Positions 58,793 to 64,000 of a stretch of 64,000 bases of DNA are shown here, piece after piece. This DNA is from an uncultured Chloroflexia bacterium (lineage in GTDB: Bacteria > Chloroflexota > Anaerolineae > Aggregatilineales > Aggregatilineaceae). The stretch covers positions 6,084 to 70,083 of the forward strand of contig CAWKMN010000005.1 of assembly GCA_963850765.1 (NCBI GenBank), read 5' to 3'. The translations under genes and the position numbers were made by a program. A model generated the notes under the pieces. That model saw only the letters and a list, made by a program, of their open reading frames with translations, had not been told where the DNA came from and ran no database searches. Position 1 is the first letter of the stretch. Each line of letters starts with the position of its first letter.

Positions 58793-59818
58793 ATGAAAAA
58801 GCGGTGGCCGAGCCTGGTCCTGGGTCTGGCAGTGAGTGTGATCGCGCTGGTCTATCTGTTACGGCGCGACCTGGGCGGCGTGCGCGACGAACTGCTGCAC
58901 GCCCGCTACTGGACGGTGATCCCCTGCGCGGCCGTCTCGGTGATCGGGCTGTGGCTGCGCAGCATCCGGTGGCGCGTGCTGCTCAACGGGCGGATCGCGC
59001 CGGGCCACAGCTTCCATATTCTCAACGTCAGCTATTTCATCAACGGCGTGCTGCCGCTGCGCGTGGGCGAACTGGCGCGGGCGGCGCTGGCCGCGCGGAT
59101 CGATCCGCCGGTGCCGGCGCTGACGTCGTTGAGTACGGTGGTGGTCGAGCGGCTGGTCGATACGCTGGCCGTGTTCGCGCTGGTCGGGATCACGCTGGCG
59201 ATGCTGCCGGTGGGTCTGGAGATCGGCGTGGTGGGCGCGGCGCTGGGCGTCGGCGCGATCGTCGGCGTGGTCGTGCTGGCGGTGTTCGCGGCCCGGCCTC
59301 GGTGGGCGCATCACCTGCTGGATGGAATCGCGCGTGTCGTGCCGCTGCTGCGCCGCCCGACCCTGCATACATGGCTGGATCAGGCGCTCGAAGGGATTGT
59401 GCCGCTGGCCTCACCCCGCGCGGCGCTGCTGGTCGTGGGCTGGACGGCGGTCGCGTGGGCGGCATCGGTCGTCGCGGGCTATATTCTGCTGTACGCCGTG
59501 TTTGACGAGCCGACCTGGGTTGCCTCCATGGCGATGATCGCGCTGGCGTCGTTTGTGATCGCCGTGCCGGCGGTGCCCGGCAACCTGGGGCCGTTTGAGG
59601 CGGCGGTCGTGTTTGGACTGGCCGGGGCGGAACTGGTGCCGGATACCGGCGATGCGCGGGCGGTGGCGTTCGCGCTGCTGCTGCACGTCGTTAACCTGCT
59701 GACGTATATTTCGACGGGGCTGATCGGCCTGTGGGTGGAGAATGTGGGATTGAGCGAGCTGACACGCGCCGCGCAGAGCTTGCGTACGCGGCCATCTGAC
59801 CGCCAGGTAGAGATATGA
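58793..59818 (+). CDS. UPF0104 / lysylphosphatidylglycerol-synthase-TM-region (flippase-like) membrane protein
   Basis: About 8 TM helices, and the N-terminal pattern ..LLRRDLGGV..W..L..A..V..L..RW..LL typical of LPG_synthase_TM proteins. Confidence 0.65.
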   Translation: MKKRWPSLVLGLAVSVIALVYLLRRDLGGVRDELLHARYWTVIPCAAVSVIGLWLRSIRWRVLLNGRIAPGHSFHILNVSYFINGVLPLRVGELARAALAARIDPPVPALTSLSTVVVERLVDTLAVFALVGITLAMLPVGLEIGVVGAALGVGAIVGVVVLAVFAARPRWAHHLLDGIARVVPLLRRPTLHTWLDQALEGIVPLASPRAALLVVGWTAVAWAASVVAGYILLYAVFDEPTWVASMAMIALASFVIAVPAVPGNLGPFEAAVVFGLAGAELVPDTGDARAVAFALLLHVVNLLTYISTGLIGLWVENVGLSELTRAAQSLRTRPSDRQVEI

Positions 59819-60990
59819 TCGAACGACCTTCTTCGGAACAACCCCTGAAAATCCTGGCCGCGCTGCAATATTATCTCCCGCACCGGACGGGCGTCCCGAT
59901 CCATGTGCAGCGGGTCGCCGAGGCGCTGGTGCAGCGCGGGCACAGCATCACGATCCTGACGGCGCGCCACCACATCGATCTCCCGCGTGACGAGGAGATC
60001 AACGGCGTGCGGCTGGTGCGGCTGTGGGCACCGCTGCGCGTCAGCCGGGGGATGGTGATGCCGGCCTATCCGTGGGCGGCGTGGGGATTGATCCGGCAGC
60101 ATGATGTCGTCTGGCTGCAAACGCCGATGCTCGAAACGTCGCTGCTGGCATTTCTGGCGAAGCGGCAGGGCAAACAGGTGATCGCCACGCATCACGGCGA
60201 CCTGATCCTCCCGCCGGGGCTGTTCAACCGCTTTGTGCGCTGGTTTACCTTCCAGCATTACCGCTATATGGCGCAGCGCGCGGCGCGCCTGATCGCCTAC
60301 AGCCACGATTACGCCGAGCACAGCTACTATCTCAGCCCGTTTCTGGACCGGACGTCGGTCATTTTCCCTCCGATCCAGGTGCCCGATCCCGATCCGGCGC
60401 GTGTAGCCGAACTGCGCGAGCGCTGGCAGCGCGACGGCGGGCCGGTCATTGGCTACGCGGGGCGGTTCGTGCGCGAGAAACGCCCGGATCTGCTGATCCG
60501 CGCGCTGGAAGTGATCAACCGCACGTATCCGAACGCGAGCGTGGTCTTTGCCGGCGAATACGACATCCGCTATGAGGACACCTGGGAACGCTATCAACCG
60601 CTCGTCCAGCGCTACGAAGAGCAGTTGATCTTCCTGGGCACGCTCGAAAGCATGCAGGCGATGGCGAATTTTTACGCAGCCTGTGATGTGCTGGTCCTGC
60701 CGAGCGATTCGGAGTGTTTCGCGCTGGTGCAGGTTGAGGCGATGTTGTGCGGCACGCCCGTCGTGATGACCGATACGCCGGGCGGGCGCGTCCCGGTGAC
60801 GGAGACCGGCATGGGCAGGATCGTGCCGCGCGGCGACTGGGAAGCGATCGGGGCGGCGGTGGTCGATATCGTGCGGCACCCGGCGCAGTACCAGAAATCG
60901 CGGGAACACATCGAGCAGTGCTTCAACCTGAACGAGACGGTCGATCGCTACGAGCGGCATTTCCGGCAGGCGGCGTCTGTTCAACGCTGA
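59815..60990 (+). CDS. glycosyltransferase family 4 (GT-B fold)
   Basis: The ATG overlaps the upstream stop (ATGA). LKILAALQYYLPHRTGV N-domain. C-domain PSDSECFALVQVEAMLCGTPVV (E-x7-E-like motif). Confidence 0.8.
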   Translation: MIERPSSEQPLKILAALQYYLPHRTGVPIHVQRVAEALVQRGHSITILTARHHIDLPRDEEINGVRLVRLWAPLRVSRGMVMPAYPWAAWGLIRQHDVVWLQTPMLETSLLAFLAKRQGKQVIATHHGDLILPPGLFNRFVRWFTFQHYRYMAQRAARLIAYSHDYAEHSYYLSPFLDRTSVIFPPIQVPDPDPARVAELRERWQRDGGPVIGYAGRFVREKRPDLLIRALEVINRTYPNASVVFAGEYDIRYEDTWERYQPLVQRYEEQLIFLGTLESMQAMANFYAACDVLVLPSDSECFALVQVEAMLCGTPVVMTDTPGGRVPVTETGMGRIVPRGDWEAIGAAVVDIVRHPAQYQKSREHIEQCFNLNETVDRYERHFRQAASVQR

Positions 60991-61131
60991 TTTTGGCTGG
61001 CAGTATCCATTTGCCCCCTGTGTATTATTACAATTACGAGGTAATCTGTTGAGGTAGGGCAAGCCTTGCGGTCACGATCCGGATCGCAGGGCGATCACTC
61101 ACCTGGGGCATGTTTCAAAGAGGAGGCTGTC

Positions 61132-61599
61132 ATGTTCAGCAAAATCGGTTCCAAGATGGTTTTGACCGTTTTGGCAGCGGGTGTTCTGGCTTTTCTGGTG
61201 ATCCAGTTGATCCCGGTGGACAAAAGCAATCCGCCCGTATCGGCCGAACCGGCCTGGGATACGCCGCAAACTCGCGCCCTCGCCAAAGACGCCTGCTTCG
61301 ACTGCCACAGCAACGAAACCGCGTGGCCGTGGTATGCCAAGATTGCGCCGTCGTCGTGGCTGCTGGCGCATGATGTGGACGAAGGCCGCAGCACGCTCAA
61401 TTTCTCGGAGTGGGGGCAGGGCGAGATGGAAGTCGAGGAGATCGCGGAGGTCATCGACGAAGGGGAGATGCCGCCGTGGTATTATTCGATCATGCATCCG
61501 GACGCCAAGCTGTCCGACGCGGAAAAGCAGGAACTGATCAGCGGGCTGCAAGCGACCGTCGGGCAGTCGGGCGGCGCAACGGGCGGCGGCGACGATTAG
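61132..61599 (+). CDS. haem-binding-domain protein (Haem_bd family), membrane anchored
   Basis: N-terminal TM. CFDCHSNETAWPWYAKIAPSSWLLAHDVDEGRSTLNFSEW..MPPWYY matches the haem-binding-domain pattern. ORF open from 61066. Confidence 0.65.
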   Translation: MFSKIGSKMVLTVLAAGVLAFLVIQLIPVDKSNPPVSAEPAWDTPQTRALAKDACFDCHSNETAWPWYAKIAPSSWLLAHDVDEGRSTLNFSEWGQGEMEVEEIAEVIDEGEMPPWYYSIMHPDAKLSDAEKQELISGLQATVGQSGGATGGGDD

Positions 61600-61628
61600 C
61601 CGAACGGAAGTGATGGGCGAGTTACGGT

Positions 61629-62480
61629 ATGAGTGTTGACATCCAGACGATCCGGCACATGACCCGCAATGAAGCGGACATGGCCTTCAAAAAGCGCGTG
61701 CAGTCCATTTTTGAGTGGATTCCGCCCGCCGACGATGCGGTGATTCTCGACTGCGCGTGCGGGCGCGGCTTTTATCTGAATATGTATCGCTACGTGAGCC
61801 GGTGCCGGCTCGTCGGGCTGGAACTCGAAGGCGAGATTATCCGCAAGGCGTGGTGCAACGTCGGGCACCTGCCGGATCTCACGCTGACGCAGGGCAACAT
61901 CTACGCGCTGCCGTTCCCCGACGACACTTTTGACGGTGTGATCCTGTCGGAGATTCTGGAGCATATCGAGGATGACGTGGCCGGGCTGCGCGAGGTGCGG
62001 CGCGTGCTCAAGCCGGGCGGCGTGGCGGCGATCACCGTGCCGAATGCGAATTACCCCTTCCTGTGGGATCCGATCAACTGGACGCTGGAACGCACGCTGC
62101 ACACGCATATTCAGCAGGGACCGCTGGCGGGGATCTGGGCGAACCATGTGCGGCTGTACGAGCGGGATGAGCTCCGCCGCGCCGTTGAGGACGCGGGCCT
62201 GACGGTCGAGGTGCAGCGGCAGTTCACGCATGCCAGCTTCCCATTTATTCACAATCTGGTCTATGGGCTGGGCAAGCCGCTGCTGGAATCCGGTCTGATG
62301 CCAGACAAAATGGCGACCGCCGCCGATCGCACGGCGTTTGATCAGAACCGGGGCAGCCTGCTCAATCCGGTCAATCTGGGGATCGCGGTGCTGAACTTCT
62401 TCGACCGCCCCAACACGCTGGATGAACCGCCCGGCCGCAGCACGGTCAATCTGGCGATCAAGGCTCGCAAGCCGGGGTAA
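61629..62480 (+). CDS. class I SAM-dependent methyltransferase
   Basis: Motif I VILDCACGRG. Post-I/II motifs ..LPFPDDTFDGVILSEILEHI.. and LKPGGVAAITVPN. Confidence 0.8.
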   Translation: MSVDIQTIRHMTRNEADMAFKKRVQSIFEWIPPADDAVILDCACGRGFYLNMYRYVSRCRLVGLELEGEIIRKAWCNVGHLPDLTLTQGNIYALPFPDDTFDGVILSEILEHIEDDVAGLREVRRVLKPGGVAAITVPNANYPFLWDPINWTLERTLHTHIQQGPLAGIWANHVRLYERDELRRAVEDAGLTVEVQRQFTHASFPFIHNLVYGLGKPLLESGLMPDKMATAADRTAFDQNRGSLLNPVNLGIAVLNFFDRPNTLDEPPGRSTVNLAIKARKPG

Positions 62481-62544
62481 GGATCGAGTCGTATTGCTAG
62501 ACTCAAGAGCGCAGAGACTGCTGCTACAACTGCACGACTAGCCT

Positions 62545-62590
62545 GCTACTGTCTACTGTCTACTGACAACTGATCACTGTGTACTGTATG
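62545..62590. repeat. CTACTGT-type heptamer tandem repeat
   Basis: gctactgtctactgtctactgacaactgatcactgtgtactgtatg, immediately upstream of the msrB RBS. Confidence 0.7.
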
Positions 62591-62609
62591 TAAACAAGGA
62601 GACACCATC

Positions 62610-63026
62610 GTGGCCGACAATGAGCACGCAGAGAAAATCACCCGATCGGATCAGGAGTGGCGGTCGCAGCTGACGCCGGAGCAGTACGCCGTGCTGCGCC
62701 AGCACGGCACCGAACGCCCCTTCACCGGGGAATATGTGCACACCAAGACGGACGGCACCTATCACTGCGCCGCCTGCGGGCAGGCGCTGTTCGCGTCCGA
62801 TACGAAGTTCGAGTCCGGCTCCGGCTGGCCGAGCTTCTGGGATGTGATCGACCAGGGCAATGTCGCTCTGCGCGTCGATACGAGCCATGGGATGCGCCGC
62901 ACCGAGGTCTTGTGCGGCCGGTGCGGGGGTCACCTGGGGCACCTGTTCGAGGATGGCCCGCGCGATCAGACCGGGCTGCGCTACTGCATCAATTCGGTGG
63001 CGCTCAAGCTGAAGCCGGGAGAATAG
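62610..63026 (+). CDS. msrB: peptide-methionine (R)-S-oxide reductase
   Basis: Two CxxC zinc pairs (CAAC and CGRC), GWPSF, and the catalytic RYCINS motif. GTG start after AAGGAG. Confidence 0.9.
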   Translation: MADNEHAEKITRSDQEWRSQLTPEQYAVLRQHGTERPFTGEYVHTKTDGTYHCAACGQALFASDTKFESGSGWPSFWDVIDQGNVALRVDTSHGMRRTEVLCGRCGGHLGHLFEDGPRDQTGLRYCINSVALKLKPGE

Positions 63027-63090
63027 ACAGAAGCGTTCGTCACGTGGGGGCGTCTTGATGCGATTTGAGAATCAGGCACGGAGATAAAGG

Positions 63091-63194
63091 TTTACCTCAC
63101 CCCCCGCCCCCCTCTCCACACGCGGAGAGGGGGAGCCGGTGATGAGCGTTACCCTCTCCCTGGCTTGGCCGGGGAGAGGGCAGGGTGAGGGGCG
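63091..63194. repeat. composite hairpin repeats
   Basis: tttacctcaccccccgcccccctctccacacgcggagagggggagccgg plus ccctctccctggcttggccggggagagggcagggtgaggggcg. Confidence 0.8.
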
Positions 63195-63332
63195 TCCTTC
63201 ACCCGGATCTCCGGGTTAAAGAGTTAAAGTGCATCAATACGCCCCTGCAAAAACATGATTTGCAGAGCAGCGCGGCGGCAGCAGACCGGCTGGCCGGGTA
63301 CGCGCTGCGTCGTGTTGAAACGATGGGGCCTG

Positions 63333-64000
63333 ATGAATCGTTTTGAGGATGAGGAATTTCCGCCTGCCGGAAATTTGCCCGCGCGCAAGCCAAAGACGTT
63401 CGAGGATCTGACGCTGGCACAGGCGCTCAGCTATCTGGTGCTGCGTCCGCGAGCTGCGGCGCGGCAGTTGTGGCGCGTGCTGACGTATGATCCCGACGCG
63501 GTGGTGATGGATGAACCGGACGTGATCGACTGGCCGGACGACGATCAGGAGCCCCCCGCGGATGCAGCGGACGATGATTGGCCCGGCGAATATGACTCCC
63601 TGGCGATTCGCTTACGCCGCCCGCAGATATGGATCGATGGGTGCGGATCGGGTCGCTGGCGGTGGCGGTGCTGCTGGCGCTGCGCGGCGGTCACCTTTTG
63701 CAGCGGGCGGCGCTGGATCCGCTGCGACATGCGCAGGGCGATACGGGCGGTTCGCTGTGGTGGTTTCTGCTGGCGGGTGTGGTGTTGATCGGCGCGGAAG
63801 TGTGGTTGAGCCGCGACTGGTGGGTCGCGCAATTCGCACCCGAGTTGAGCGGTGATAGCGAGGAGTTTACCTCACCCCCCGGCCTCCTCTCCACACGCGG
63901 AGAGGGGGAGCCGGCGGACGGCCTTCCCGTTCCGCCTGTCCAGGGGGGACTGCGGACCGAGGTAATCCAACCACTGCTGAGCAGCAGCCAGCTTGTGCTG
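63333..64000 (+). CDS. hypothetical membrane protein, 3' end outside window; either frame-shifted near 63625 or two ORFs (63333.. and 63629..)
   Basis: Acidic N-terminal part (frame of 63255..63788) loses its coding look after ..RRPQIW. The frame from ATG 63629 (MDRWVRIGSLAVAVLLAL..WWFLLAGVVLIGAEVW..) has TM helices and stays open to the window end. Confidence 0.35.

Overview
64-kb, high-GC (about 60-65% by eye) bacterial chromosomal segment with no sign of being an island. It holds about 54 protein genes and one tRNA-Gly(CCC). I saw no rRNA, CRISPR, transposase, integrase or phage genes.

Gene content, left to right:
- partial APH(6)-like kinase and a glutaredoxin-like/thioredoxin-reductase fusion
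- two divergent two-component modules; one is an RR-NERD-PPC-HK operon whose kinase lacks the H-box histidine
- PAP2 phosphatase and pfkA, a double-FtsX permease, and ATP sulfurylase
- an SH3/TolB-like propeller protein
- a loose alpha-glucan/glycogen neighbourhood: GH57, glgC, debranching enzyme, stand-alone CBM48, two PGM/PMM genes and an NDP-sugar transferase
- mreB-mreC-mreD-mrdA and a TPR-SLT lytic transglycosylase
- a GT-C-like membrane protein, rplY, trmI and msrB
- an envelope cluster: UPF0104, GT4, haem-binding protein and methyltransferase

Two window-wide peculiarities dominate:
1. Almost every intergenic gap is filled with modular palindromic or heptamer repeats of at least four families. 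Two copies sit in-frame inside ORFs.
2. At least 15 single-nucleotide frame disruptions occur in 11 otherwise well conserved genes, concentrated at 26-33 kb. This fits indel-type assembly error better than decay, but sequence alone cannot settle it.

Repeat style and gene content suggest a filamentous Chloroflexota-like organism (inference, low confidence). I found no complete, recognisable defence or secondary-metabolite system. The most system-like novelty is the NERD-containing two-component locus.
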